DNA of 39,073 bases from a virus, in the IMG/VR virus record IMGVR_UViG_3300037502_001802, one strand, 5' to 3'. Below, piece by piece: positions 9,248 to 18,666 of the stretch. The first letter of the stretch is position 1. The number at the start of each line of letters is the position of its first letter. The translations under genes and the position numbers were made by a program. The notes under the pieces were generated by a model. The model was not told where the DNA came from and searched no databases. It saw only the letters and a program-made list of their open reading frames with translations.

Positions 9248-9597
9248 GGCCGCACCCTCATGTAAATAATCATATCGTCTACCTCGGCAATCGGCGCGAA
9301 GTCGATCTTTGAGATCAGTCGGCCCACGCTTGCCTTTTGGACATTGGCTAACGTCATTCTACACCACGGGTACGCTGAAAACACGGAACAAACGAACTTG
9401 TCAATGGCTTCTTTCAAATGCCTAAGCCCGCGACGGTCAGAAGCGAAGTGGCAGCTCATGGCGTTACCTTGGCGGGCGGCAGAAAACAGCACCTTACAGT
9501 CGTCACGATTCCAGCGAAACACCAGATGATTCGGGGTGGTGGTCAACCCCATCAGGTCGCCGCTATACAGCACAAACTCTAAACGATCTGAATCCAT
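9235..9597 (-). CDS. Hypothetical protein (virion module)
   Basis: 120-aa ORF in operon context with overlapping neighbours. No recognisable motif. Confidence 0.5.
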   Translation of the reverse strand: MDSDRLEFVLYSGDLMGLTTTPNHLVFRWNRDDCKVLFSAARQGNAMSCHFASDRRGLRHLKEAIDKFVCSVFSAYPWCRMTLANVQKASVGRLISKIDFAPIAEVDDMIIYMRVRPWVA

Positions 9598-9818
9598 CCG
9601 GTCATATCCCCGGCTTTAGGGTTAAACCACAGGCCTGTGGGCGCATTGATCTTGACGTAAAGCCCGCTCAGGTTGGCTAGGTAAATGCCGTTGGGGTCTG
9701 CATCCGTCCCGGACAGCGGGGCGATCTCGCGCTTCAAACCTTGGTAATCATCAATGAGAGATTGCGGCCAGCCTAGCTTTTCCAGATCCGCATAAGAGAT
9801 GATATTGTCTTGTCTCAT
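9579..9818 (-). CDS. Hypothetical small protein (virion module)
   Basis: 79-aa ORF. A 4-nt overlap with the upstream gp10-like gene suggests translational coupling. Confidence 0.5.
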   Translation of the reverse strand: MRQDNIISYADLEKLGWPQSLIDDYQGLKREIAPLSGTDADPNGIYLANLSGLYVKINAPTGLWFNPKAGDMTGWIQIV

Positions 9819-11218
9819 TGCGCCACCACCCCTGTAATGCTTGTTACGCTATCCGAAAAGCCGCTGACCCTCAGTCCGAACCAGTTGGGGTAATCCCCAA
9901 GCCTTCGGGCAATGATGCGCTTCTGGTAGTCTCCTGGCGCTCCACGGGCAATAGGCACGGCAGGCCCAAACAGTGCGCCGTCTTTGGTTGCCGCAACAAA
10001 ATACTGATCCGTGCTGCTGATCTGATGCCCTGGCGCGGTCACAACCTCAACCTCTTTGACAGTGCCGCCAACCTGAATCAGCGGAGTACGGGCAGACCAG
10101 CGCAAGGCTTCGCCGTATTGTGTGCAGACGGTCGTATCGAGCTTGCCCAGCCTTCCGTCTTGCTGGTCGCCATAGATCCAGCTGGACGCTGCGTTGTCTA
10201 CGTTGCGAGGATCGTATACACCATTGATGGCACGCCACGGGGAGTCGCCTGACCGCCACTCATACCATATGTTTTCGCCAAGCGTGCGGGACAGTGATAT
10301 GTCATAAACCATCGTGTGGCGCGGCAAGTGGCAGATGGCCAGCGACTGATCTCGGGTGTCGCGGAACTCAATCGAGATGTTGGCTAACTCAAAGTCTGAG
10401 TAGGTATCGATGATCGAATCAATTTCTTTGGTGGAGATGTTCTGGTAGCTGTTGGTCAGGATGTAAAACGAGGGGCTGTATTCCTTTGACCCGCCGAACA
10501 CGACCCATGCGCCGTCACCAATAGCCGCCTTAGCGTTTGTGCCAACAATGCCAATAGGAATGGCAGCATTGGGGATTCGCGCAAATGGGAATTGTGCGCC
10601 AGCGTTGTTGTAAAACCGCTCTGTGGTGTATCGGTTAAACACGATCAGCTTGTTGTCCGTGGTCTTGTCTACCGCAACAATCTCATCCGGCGCAAAGTCT
10701 GACCCGGCCCGCTCATTAGGGTTGAACGCTGCCTCATCGGCCAGCGTAGTGTTCCACAGATTATCGGTGTCGGCAAAGATGTAATAGCCATCTATCCATG
10801 TCATGTCGATAAAGCCGCCAGCCCCGAGAGGCTTTGTGACATTCGTGAGGGTTGAGCCGTCCCACCGCCAGTAATCGCCGCCAGCGACAAAGGCGACGGA
10901 GTTAAACGAGTTGGCGAACTGCACCAGATTGCTGCCGGGAATACTCACGCCGCCAATGTCTGACACATCGCCAAACTGCGACACGGCAACAAATCGGTCA
11001 CCGGAAACCCTGTAATGCTGGCGGAAGCGGTCAGACCATAGGCCGCCACGGTCAATGCCCGTTGCCTCGGCAAACAATTTGAGGCCATCCAGTGTGCGCA
11101 GGTAGCCCGTCCACGACCCAACCGATTGAGCGAACGCGATCATGTTGACCGGGATGGAGTCGCGCCATTCGGCCTCTTGATCGACTCGAGTGCCTTTGAT
11201 CAGTGGCAGCTTCATCAT
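9815..11218 (-). CDS. P22 gp10-like tail hub / packaged-DNA stabilisation protein
   Basis: 467 aa. LPLIKGTRVD...IPVNMIA and ICHLPRHTMVYDISLS parallel P22 gp10 LPMMKGMGKD...LPVNMLA and IIHLPRHVLVYDASSS. Confidence 0.85.
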   Translation of the reverse strand: MMKLPLIKGTRVDQEAEWRDSIPVNMIAFAQSVGSWTGYLRTLDGLKLFAEATGIDRGGLWSDRFRQHYRVSGDRFVAVSQFGDVSDIGGVSIPGSNLVQFANSFNSVAFVAGGDYWRWDGSTLTNVTKPLGAGGFIDMTWIDGYYIFADTDNLWNTTLADEAAFNPNERAGSDFAPDEIVAVDKTTDNKLIVFNRYTTERFYNNAGAQFPFARIPNAAIPIGIVGTNAKAAIGDGAWVVFGGSKEYSPSFYILTNSYQNISTKEIDSIIDTYSDFELANISIEFRDTRDQSLAICHLPRHTMVYDISLSRTLGENIWYEWRSGDSPWRAINGVYDPRNVDNAASSWIYGDQQDGRLGKLDTTVCTQYGEALRWSARTPLIQVGGTVKEVEVVTAPGHQISSTDQYFVAATKDGALFGPAVPIARGAPGDYQKRIIARRLGDYPNWFGLRVSGFSDSVTSITGVVAQ

Positions 11219-11700
11219 TGCGCAGTCACCGGGTTGTCTCCCTCGTCACTAAGGAAGTCGTTACTGGTGCGAATACGGTTTTCAGGGTGGTAATAGCGTT
11301 GCCCGAACGGTGTACCCTGCGCGTGGCCTCTCGGCATGCGGCCAGGGTACTGAACTGGCTGAATCTCAACCGTGCGATTGGCGATAGTCTGCATGCCAAC
11401 CATGGCATTCTGCATGATGCCGGGGTGGATTGGCTTGTCGTAGTAGGGGGCAATCATCATCGCCACGGAGTTTGTCACGCCCATCACAGACCAGTCAGGA
11501 ATGCCGGCAGGGTCGTCCGGGTTAACGGTGCCGTCTGCCTGGTTGTAGCCGATGCGCTTGCCGACTGCGTTATGAGCCATCATCCAGTCTTCTATGTAGC
11601 CGAGAGTGTCTTGCACCTCTTCTGGGGTCGCCTCGCTGAATCGGGTGTTGACGCCGATGATCTTGAGGATCTTTTGCGCGAGTTCGCCTTTAGTCAGCAT
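11215..11700 (-). CDS. P22 gp4-like head-to-tail adaptor / tail accessory factor
   Basis: 161 aa. YPGRMPRGHAQG resembles P22 gp4 YPSRMPTGSGN. Lies directly between the coat region and the gp10-like gene. Confidence 0.8.
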   Translation of the reverse strand: MLTKGELAQKILKIIGVNTRFSEATPEEVQDTLGYIEDWMMAHNAVGKRIGYNQADGTVNPDDPAGIPDWSVMGVTNSVAMMIAPYYDKPIHPGIMQNAMVGMQTIANRTVEIQPVQYPGRMPRGHAQGTPFGQRYYHPENRIRTSNDFLSDEGDNPVTAQ

Positions 11701-11992
11701 CGCCTTCTACCTTTGCAATGATGGTTTCCAGCTTTGCCTTATGGTGAGGGCGCTTGCCGAACTTCTGCTCGTACTTCTCGGTCCACGCCTCACGGTCGCC
11801 ACTTACTTCGACTTCTTCTTGCCGCCCTTCTTTTTCTTGCCGTACATGAGTCACCTCAATGTCGTTGATGGAGTAAGCCCAGCCGCGTTTGCGCAAAATG
11901 GATTGATGGGAGGTGTGGACAGGACGCCCGTAGATGCCTTTTGAGAACTCTCGGCAACCTTCGTCTGGCGTGGTGGTATACATGTATTTCAT
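11690..11992 (-). CDS. Hypothetical protein; N-terminally trimmed relative to ORF track 11690..12106
   Basis: The long version would run through the coat-gene terminator hairpin (12085-12103). The internal ATG at 11992 (MKYMYTTTPDEG...) lies downstream of it. Confidence 0.5.
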   Translation of the reverse strand: MKYMYTTTPDEGCREFSKGIYGRPVHTSHQSILRKRGWAYSINDIEVTHVRQEKEGRQEEVEVSGDREAWTEKYEQKFGKRPHHKAKLETIIAKVEGDAD

Positions 11993-12073
11993 GGTGAGCC
12001 CCGGTTGATGGGTTTCTTGCGTAAAGTCTACCATGTTTGTTTGGTTATGGAAATTTACCGCGCTTCGTGATAT

Positions 12074-12103
12074 GGCAAAAGAAAGCCCCGCGCTAGGCGG
12101 GGC
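12074..12103 (-). terminator. Rho-independent terminator or attenuator after the major capsid gene
   Basis: Minus-strand GCCCCGC-CTAGC-GCGGGGC followed by TTTCTTTT, 30 nt downstream of the coat stop codon. Confidence 0.8.
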
Positions 12104-12132
12104 CAACCATTCCTTTGATTTACTGTAGTCCG

Positions 12133-13404
12133 TTAGGCAGGCACATAAATAGCGTTACCGTTCCTTGAAGGGTCGCGGTTGCACAAACCCCACCTTGTAA
12201 AGAGCCGCACCCGAGCATTCACGGTTGCCAGGTTCGCATCGTAGCCCATGTACAGCTTCACGCCGTTGTCCAGGGTCTCAGACACAACCTTCATGCCGTC
12301 GAACTCGTTCAGCAGTTCAAACGGTTCATCGCCGTTGACAACACAGATTGAGTCGTTGGCCCAGAAGCTGTTTGCCTGACCGCCAGTCACGTTGGTCGCG
12401 GCAACTGCCATGCCGGCCACAATCGCAGTGGAGATGTTGGCATAGGCTGCCTGCTCGGTGGTGATGCCCGCCTGGTCGGCAGCGATGGGCTTCGGATAGA
12501 CGCTCAGGTTATCCCCGTCGATGGCCACAACTCGGAAGGTCATAAGCTCGCCTGTGTCGGTCTTGTCCATCAGGTTGAGAGCGTTAACGCCCGCAACGGT
12601 GATGACATCGCCAACTTGGAAGTTCGCCCCTTCATTCAAGCCGACAGAGATAGAGCCAACGCGATAATCCACGTTCTGGATGCTGTCGACGCCTGCGCTT
12701 ACGTAGCCTTCCGGCACTTCGGTCACGTTAGCCGCTACGGTGCCGCCAGTGACATTCACACGTTGCGGGATGGTGCCGTAAGTCGGCGCACGGTACACGT
12801 CAAAGCCGGCAACGTTCTTGCCGATCATGGCGGTAGCATACGCGCCTTCAGGGCGACCAGACAGATCAGAGCGTGACGCAAGGTCAGACGCCATAACCTG
12901 ATTTGTGCGCGGGTTCAGGAAGAAGCTGGAGCCTTCGCCACGGTAGCAGCCGCGCTCGGTCATCAGTGTGTCAGCCTCGGCAACGAAGTCGAAGCCAGCG
13001 GCAGATGATTCGTAGGTTAGCGTGCCGGTGGCGGATACCAGTTCAGCGATGCGCTTGTTCAGGTAGGCGTTTTGCTTCTTCGCGGAAGCTACCGCCGCAC
13101 GACGCATGAAGCCTTCATCCCGCAGGTTCTGGATGTTGTACTCCATGAAATCGTTCTTCGGATCTTCCAGTCGCAGCGGGTAGCCCTGCTCGATGGTTCC
13201 GGTTTCCAGGCCAGTCAGATCACGACCTTCGATGATCGGGCGCTGCTGCTCAACGTTGCGCCAGTAGATGTCATTGGCGTTCTGCATGGTGCCAGGGTTA
13301 ATGGTCTCCACGTCTACCAAGCCGGCATACGTGAAATCGTCGTTCATTTGTTGCAGCACGTCGTCAAAGAACGTCACTACAGTCTTCAGGGAATTAACAG
13401 CCAT
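12133..13404 (-). CDS. Major capsid (coat) protein, P22 gp5-like
   Basis: 423 aa. Size, position after the scaffold gene and local similarity to P22 coat (e.g. NDF...LRDE, FFLNP segments). Confidence 0.9.
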   Translation of the reverse strand: MAVNSLKTVVTFFDDVLQQMNDDFTYAGLVDVETINPGTMQNANDIYWRNVEQQRPIIEGRDLTGLETGTIEQGYPLRLEDPKNDFMEYNIQNLRDEGFMRRAAVASAKKQNAYLNKRIAELVSATGTLTYESSAAGFDFVAEADTLMTERGCYRGEGSSFFLNPRTNQVMASDLASRSDLSGRPEGAYATAMIGKNVAGFDVYRAPTYGTIPQRVNVTGGTVAANVTEVPEGYVSAGVDSIQNVDYRVGSISVGLNEGANFQVGDVITVAGVNALNLMDKTDTGELMTFRVVAIDGDNLSVYPKPIAADQAGITTEQAAYANISTAIVAGMAVAATNVTGGQANSFWANDSICVVNGDEPFELLNEFDGMKVVSETLDNGVKLYMGYDANLATVNARVRLFTRWGLCNRDPSRNGNAIYVPA

Positions 13405-13417
13405 GAGTCATACCTCG

Positions 13418-14407
13418 TTAAGTTAGCCGGACTCCAAGCTCCCTGGCCTTTCTGCGCAACTTCAGCATTTCCTGTGGATCTTTGGTTTTCGTGTACCGAT
13501 CCTGAAGTGCCTTGGCGCTTGCGCTTGAGCCATCACCCTTGATGGGCTGGTCGGGAGGCGGGGCCTTGCTGGTCTTAGTTCGTTGATTCGGTTTCAGTTG
13601 TCCAACCAATCTGGCCATGTAGGCGCTTGCTCGAAGCCCTGTCGGGTCTTCCTGAAGCAAGCCTTTCACCTTCGCCATGGCGTTATCATTCGTGCCGATG
13701 TAGTAAGCCACTCGCTCACTACCATCACCAACAGCGTCCAGCAGGTATGCCAGCGAACCGTCAATCTTGGTTGCGCCGTCAATCTCGCTGGTCGCCCGCT
13801 CGATTGCACTGATCACCTTGTCATCTCGGATCTTGTGCTCTACGGCGAACTTGCCTACCCGTTCCGCCAGCTTCCGAGTGACTTCCTCGGTTTGGCGCTT
13901 GAACTGGTTTTCCGTCTCACTTCGCTGCGAGTTGCGCTGATCCACCGCTTTACAGTCCGCTACCCACTTCTGGTACGCCTTCTGATACTGCTCTGGCGTG
14001 TCCACTCCGTTCTCGTACAGCAACGGTACGGGCGGGTATTTCTCTTCCTGCTGTTGCGGCTTGGGTTGCGCTTGCGGGGCTGAACCTGACTTCAGGGCTG
14101 CAATCTCAGCCTTCAGCTCTTCCAGTTCGGACTTGTATTCCCGCGTTTTCTGCTTCTGCTTGGTGAGTTTGTAAACCAGAGCTTCTTCAGGTGATGGCTT
14201 CTGTTGGCCGGGTTCTGGCTCCCCGTCCAGCTCAAGCTCGAAATCGTCTGAGGCTTCTTCGGTGTCTTGCTCGGTGTCGGATTCTTCTGCGTCAGCTTCG
14301 GGCTCTTCGCCTTCCGCCTCCTCGCCTTCCTCTTCTTCCGGTTGCTCGACTTCCTCAGCATTCGCCTCTTCTGCTTCGGCCTGACGCCGCAAATCTTCCA
14401 GACTCAT
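13418..14407 (-). CDS. Scaffolding protein, P22 gp8-like
   Basis: Highly acidic N-terminus. C-terminal SKAPPPDQPIKGDGSSASAK...LKLRRKARELGVRL parallels P22 gp8 SSAPPADQPITGDVSAANK...YRKLKAKLKGIR (coat-binding helix-turn-helix). Confidence 0.9.
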   Translation of the reverse strand: MSLEDLRRQAEAEEANAEEVEQPEEEEGEEAEGEEPEADAEESDTEQDTEEASDDFELELDGEPEPGQQKPSPEEALVYKLTKQKQKTREYKSELEELKAEIAALKSGSAPQAQPKPQQQEEKYPPVPLLYENGVDTPEQYQKAYQKWVADCKAVDQRNSQRSETENQFKRQTEEVTRKLAERVGKFAVEHKIRDDKVISAIERATSEIDGATKIDGSLAYLLDAVGDGSERVAYYIGTNDNAMAKVKGLLQEDPTGLRASAYMARLVGQLKPNQRTKTSKAPPPDQPIKGDGSSASAKALQDRYTKTKDPQEMLKLRRKARELGVRLT

Positions 14408-14414
14408 AGGTTTT

Positions 14415-14478
14415 CCGCCCTACTGCGTGACATTGGGTATCCGCCCAACTCGGTTATCGGGGTGTGCGCCCGACTCGC
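14415..14478 (-). promoter_or_regulatory. Three imperfect ~13-nt direct repeats in the portal-scaffold intergenic leader
   Basis: CCGCCCTACTGCG (14415-14427), CCGCCCAACTCGG (14441-14453) and GCGCCCGACTCGC (14466-14478), spaced 25-26 nt apart. Confidence 0.35.
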
Positions 14479-14519
14479 ATTGATTCAAATTATGGCAGCG
14501 TTATAACCATTCAGCAAAT

Positions 14520-16595
14520 TTATTGCTGGCGCATAGACGCCGGCATTAGCGCCTGCTGAAACTTCTGCAAGTTGTCCAGCTCAGTGCCGCGAATTTCCGT
14601 TGAGATTTTCGCGGCCTCTACCCCATACTTCTGAGCTTTAGCCATGGCGTCCAGCCTCTGGGTCTCAGCCTTGAACGCATCAATCTGGCGCTGCGCCTGA
14701 TCATCCTGCGCATTAGCCTGAGCGCCCATTATATCCGCCTGAGCCTTCATCTGCTCGGCCATGGCCAATACCATGTTGGCGTCTGGCTGCTGGCCTGCCT
14801 GTTGCGCCTGATGCAACATCATTATCTCTTCTTCGGTGTCTGGCTCAACAATGCCCTGGAGGATAAGCTGTTTGCGCCCGTAATCCTTCAGGTGCTTTGT
14901 TTCTGGCCCGGTCTGAAGCGTGAAGTACGTGTATAGTGCAATCTGGCCTTCCGGCGTACCCTGAAGCGCCGTGAACAGCTCCTGCATCTGGGCTTTGGCT
15001 TCTTCCCTCTGGGTCTGGAACGATGGCCCTACGTCTGCGTAGACCTCAAACGCGCCACGGGTGATGTCGTTAATCACCACCTCTTCGCCGGTCTCCTCGT
15101 CAAAAACAGCTTCCATGACCATGACTTCGGATTCTGTGCCGTCCGGTTGCGTGACCACGGCTGGGCGTGGCACATCGTAAAGCTCGGCAGCCATGGACGC
15201 GTACACCCGGCCAGCCTGCTTCATGGCCAACTGGAAGTTGTTCTGGAACAAGAACGTTTCAAGGTTCTGCGCGGACTGTGTGGCACGAATCTGGCCCTCC
15301 GTCACTGCACCGGACAGCATGGCCTCCTGATTGAGAGACCCGCCCGTTACGTCGTCAACGCTTCGGCGTGTCATCTCAAGCAATGCAGAGCCAGCCTGCG
15401 GGAGTTGCGGCGGCTCAAGATAGCCAACAGGGCCGACAGGGTAGGGCTGCTTAGTCTCCGGGCTCACCTCATTCTGAAGCATATACGGATAGTTGTTGTC
15501 CGCACCGCTCAGGGTATACATGTACTCATAGCCCTGAATCTGGCCAGGGTAAAATATCGGCTTCTGTCTCGGCCCCTTCGCCACGATGTCCGCAAGGTAC
15601 GACATCATAAAGTTATGCAAGCGCTGAGGGTCTTGCGCGTCGTGATAGATGCCTCGCCAAATCTCGCGGCCCTCCACTCGTGACCAGTCGCCATAGATCG
15701 CCACAACCGGGATATGCTCGCCGGCAATGCGCTGGGTCTTGATGATGTCTTCGCCCGATACAATGTGCTTTTTGACAACCCACCGCTCTTTCATCTTCTC
15801 GCCAACCTTGACGAATCCAGCGGCCTCCATGTCGTCAATCACGTCTTTCACTTCGCGCTGATACACGGCCTTCACCTGGCCCAGCGGATCTTCATAAACC
15901 AGCACGCGCTCGCGCTTCTTCTCCTTGTGGTAGAACTCGCCAATCTTGATTTCGTCCTGCTTGGATCGCCAGAATGCTACATCACTTTTATGCGGAGTCT
16001 TGAACGGCTGCGGCTTTTCGTTTTCGTCATAGTCGATGCCGTTTTCTTCACAGTACCTCTGCCAGCCCTTCTCAGTGAAAGTGGTGATGATCATGCACCA
16101 ACGGGCGTCTGACTTGTCCTTCTTTTTGGCGTTGCTGTCCCAATAGACAACGTTGTTCGCCTCAGAGATGGGCTCGGCACAAATCCGTTGGTAGTTGTTC
16201 AGGTCATCAAACTTGGATTCGTACTCGGTCACATAGCGGAACGCGCCAAAACCGCAATCTACCTGGTCCTGTAGCGCTGTCTCGATGGCCTCTTCCGAGC
16301 GCAGCATATCCGTGCGGTACATGCCGGTCAGCGTCTCAGCGGCCTCTGGGTCTGCCCCGTCCTTTGGCTTGAACGTGATGTCTACCGGATTTGACCAAAG
16401 CTCTGCAATAATCCGGTTGCGGCGCGACTTGATGATGTCAAACGTGCCACGGAACTCGGTCTGCACGTCCGCCCCAATGTCGTCATCCCATTGGGAGATA
16501 CGCCCAAAAACGAGCATGTCGCCCGCCTCTTCTCGGGTCGCTGACGTGCTGGCCTCGGCATCGTCAACGAGTTCTTTGATGTCTTCGAGATCCAT
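14520..16595 (-). CDS. Portal protein, P22 gp1-like
   Basis: 691 aa. FGRISQWDDD...FRGTFDI...NPVDITFKPKDGADPEAAETLTGMYRTDM closely parallels P22 portal FFSRVSQWDD...YRGQFDV...[29 protein letters not shown]. Confidence 0.95.
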   Translation of the reverse strand: MDLEDIKELVDDAEASTSATREEAGDMLVFGRISQWDDDIGADVQTEFRGTFDIIKSRRNRIIAELWSNPVDITFKPKDGADPEAAETLTGMYRTDMLRSEEAIETALQDQVDCGFGAFRYVTEYESKFDDLNNYQRICAEPISEANNVVYWDSNAKKKDKSDARWCMIITTFTEKGWQRYCEENGIDYDENEKPQPFKTPHKSDVAFWRSKQDEIKIGEFYHKEKKRERVLVYEDPLGQVKAVYQREVKDVIDDMEAAGFVKVGEKMKERWVVKKHIVSGEDIIKTQRIAGEHIPVVAIYGDWSRVEGREIWRGIYHDAQDPQRLHNFMMSYLADIVAKGPRQKPIFYPGQIQGYEYMYTLSGADNNYPYMLQNEVSPETKQPYPVGPVGYLEPPQLPQAGSALLEMTRRSVDDVTGGSLNQEAMLSGAVTEGQIRATQSAQNLETFLFQNNFQLAMKQAGRVYASMAAELYDVPRPAVVTQPDGTESEVMVMEAVFDEETGEEVVINDITRGAFEVYADVGPSFQTQREEAKAQMQELFTALQGTPEGQIALYTYFTLQTGPETKHLKDYGRKQLILQGIVEPDTEEEIMMLHQAQQAGQQPDANMVLAMAEQMKAQADIMGAQANAQDDQAQRQIDAFKAETQRLDAMAKAQKYGVEAAKISTEIRGTELDNLQKFQQALMPASMRQQ

Positions 16596-18096
16596 TGCGC
16601 TGTCCCATTGGTTTAATTGGGGGTGGTATGACCGGCTTCGTGTTGACTATTTTATCAGGAATTGCTAACGACATCATAACCGCATCGGCCATGTTTGGCG
16701 ATTCGATCTTAAGCAAGCGCTTCATGTCATCCTTACTCATCACCTGGAATTTGCCCGTTCCGTTTGGCTTCCTGGGTATTCGGCACAATTCAGCCTTCAG
16801 CGCGTTGATGTGCTCAATCTCAGACGAGAAGCTGATCATGTCGTCAGGGTCGTGATACTGCCCCTTCTCTACCGCCAGATACGTCCTGAACATACGATCC
16901 CGAAGGATGGCGTAAAACTGTGCTCGGCGGTTCTTGAAAGCGTGCTCATTCGTCACAGGCTGGGCGCTGTTGTCCCCGATGGGCTGATAAACCGCTTTCG
17001 GATACTCCACGCCCTCGCTGCCCCGGAACATGGACTGAGTGACTGGCTGGCCCTTGAAGTTGTCAGCCACTTGCCTGCGCAAGCCAAGGCCAAGGCCGTC
17101 TCCATCCCATATGAAATCCTGCGCTTGCTTCTGAATGGTGTAGTCTGTGGCCCAGTCGCACCCCTCGGCCACATCACCAAAGGTGCGCTCCTGCACATCA
17201 AGAAACACTGAGCCGTGCCGGTAAGACAGACCCTTAGCATCGGTGCCAGTATCTGACGGGTCATGCGACACCACTTTGCGCCCTGTCGGCTTAAATCCGA
17301 GCTTTTCGTGCGCATCTATGCAGGCATCAAACCACTCCGGCTGAATGATGGCGTCATCCACAGCCTCCAGGTATTTGCCCAGCCACTTGTGTTCGTACTG
17401 CTGGCGGGTCAGGTGAACGTAATCTGATTGCCGCTCATCCTCAAGGCCGGAAGCCAGAAACCACTCTCTGGGCATATCGTTGTAGTTTGCTTCCACCACC
17501 ATGATCTCGTCGTCTTCATAGTATTGGTTGCGCTCAAGGTCATGCTCGGCACGGGCAAGGTACTTTTTGGCGATGGGGTCATTGCGCGAACCACGGTTCA
17601 TGGTGATCCAGATTTCCGGGGTTTTCATTTCCGACAGCGGAATACCGGCAGCCTTGGCTGCGTCGAAGTCAGCCGCCGTGGCGCGGGTGGAGGCGGTCAT
17701 AATCCGTAGGGTGTCTTCTGACAGCCCCTCGCCTTCCTCTACCCATAGGCCATCAACGCCGGACAGAATACCCTTCAGTGACAGGATGTTGCGGGCGAGG
17801 CCGCGATAAAAATTACGGCCGCCGGACGCGTGGACGATTTCGGTTTTCCCGAAGCTGAAACCTGGAGCCTGAAGCCGATGAATTTCGTCTTGTAAGGTTC
17901 GATGCACGGATTCGTCAATGGAGTTCTGGAACTCACGCCCGCAGCACCAAAGCTGGCCGGCAGACATGCAAGCGGCTAGGTAGTCCGCTACAAACGTGGT
18001 TTTGGTGGATGCTCGACCGCCCACAATGATCTTGACGCGCTTCCGCTTGGTGATCAGCGGCTTAAACTTGTCCAGGCACTTAATCTGAATCTGCAT
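16564..18096 (-). CDS. terL: Terminase large subunit, P22 gp2-like
   Basis: Walker A GGRASTKT. SHDPSDTGTDAKGLSYRHGSV, WDGDGLGLGLRRQ, FKNRRAQFY and SPNMADAVMM match the P22 TerL nuclease domain. Confidence 0.95.
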   Translation of the reverse strand: MQIQIKCLDKFKPLITKRKRVKIIVGGRASTKTTFVADYLAACMSAGQLWCCGREFQNSIDESVHRTLQDEIHRLQAPGFSFGKTEIVHASGGRNFYRGLARNILSLKGILSGVDGLWVEEGEGLSEDTLRIMTASTRATAADFDAAKAAGIPLSEMKTPEIWITMNRGSRNDPIAKKYLARAEHDLERNQYYEDDEIMVVEANYNDMPREWFLASGLEDERQSDYVHLTRQQYEHKWLGKYLEAVDDAIIQPEWFDACIDAHEKLGFKPTGRKVVSHDPSDTGTDAKGLSYRHGSVFLDVQERTFGDVAEGCDWATDYTIQKQAQDFIWDGDGLGLGLRRQVADNFKGQPVTQSMFRGSEGVEYPKAVYQPIGDNSAQPVTNEHAFKNRRAQFYAILRDRMFRTYLAVEKGQYHDPDDMISFSSEIEHINALKAELCRIPRKPNGTGKFQVMSKDDMKRLLKIESPNMADAVMMSLAIPDKIVNTKPVIPPPIKPMGQRNGSRRHQRTR

Positions 18097-18553
18097 TGAC
18101 GCCTACGAAATTAAACACGGGCGTGGGCAGCTTGTCGCCCTGGGTGGTGTGGTCAACTGCGGACTTGTCAGAAAGCCCCAGATCGCGGGCAATGATGTTG
18201 GAGTTCAGCAGATCAGCCGCCGCCCCGGCGAACTTCTGAGAGTAGATGACTTCCTCGACTCGCGAAACGATTGCGGAAAAATCATCTGCCGTTTTCCAGT
18301 CCGTCCACGTTGACCGGTCTATATCCAGAAACAAGCAGAGGCCGCTGATCGTCATGGCTCGCATTTTCGGCACTTCGATTAACGTGGCCTGCCCCTGAAA
18401 CTTGACCGTCTCGGATTCGTAGAGCGGGTTATCTTCTACCCATTGGAAATACTCGCAGCACGCATCCCACAGCGTATCAGCGGACTCAAATAGCCGCTTT
18501 CTGCCGTGAGTGGTTCTTGCCTTCCAGAATTGATTGCCCTTGGGTGCGGCCAT
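18080..18553 (-). CDS. terS: Terminase small subunit
   Basis: 157 aa immediately upstream of and overlapping terL. N-terminal KGNQFWKARTTHGR...LWDACCEYFQW...MTISGLCLFLDIDRSTW pattern is typical of phage small terminase HTH regions. Confidence 0.75.
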   Translation of the reverse strand: MAAPKGNQFWKARTTHGRKRLFESADTLWDACCEYFQWVEDNPLYESETVKFQGQATLIEVPKMRAMTISGLCLFLDIDRSTWTDWKTADDFSAIVSRVEEVIYSQKFAGAAADLLNSNIIARDLGLSDKSAVDHTTQGDKLPTPVFNFVGVNADSD

Positions 18554-18666
18554 TACCGATTCGCCCCTTTACTCAACTCCTGCCAAGCCAGGAACAAAGT
18601 GCAGTCCCTGGACGCCTGCTCAACCGAAGCTTTCCGGGAAGCTTGATTCTCAGTGAAGATGGGCAT
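18553..18666 (-). CDS. 37-aa micro-ORF (MPIFTENQASRKASVEQASRDCTLFLAWQELSKGANR), below the ORF-track cutoff
   Basis: Fills the whole gap between two genes. Its ATG shares a base with the upstream stop (TAATG) and its TAA shares a base with the terS ATG (TAATG). Confidence 0.45.
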   Translation of the reverse strand: MPIFTENQASRKASVEQASRDCTLFLAWQELSKGANR

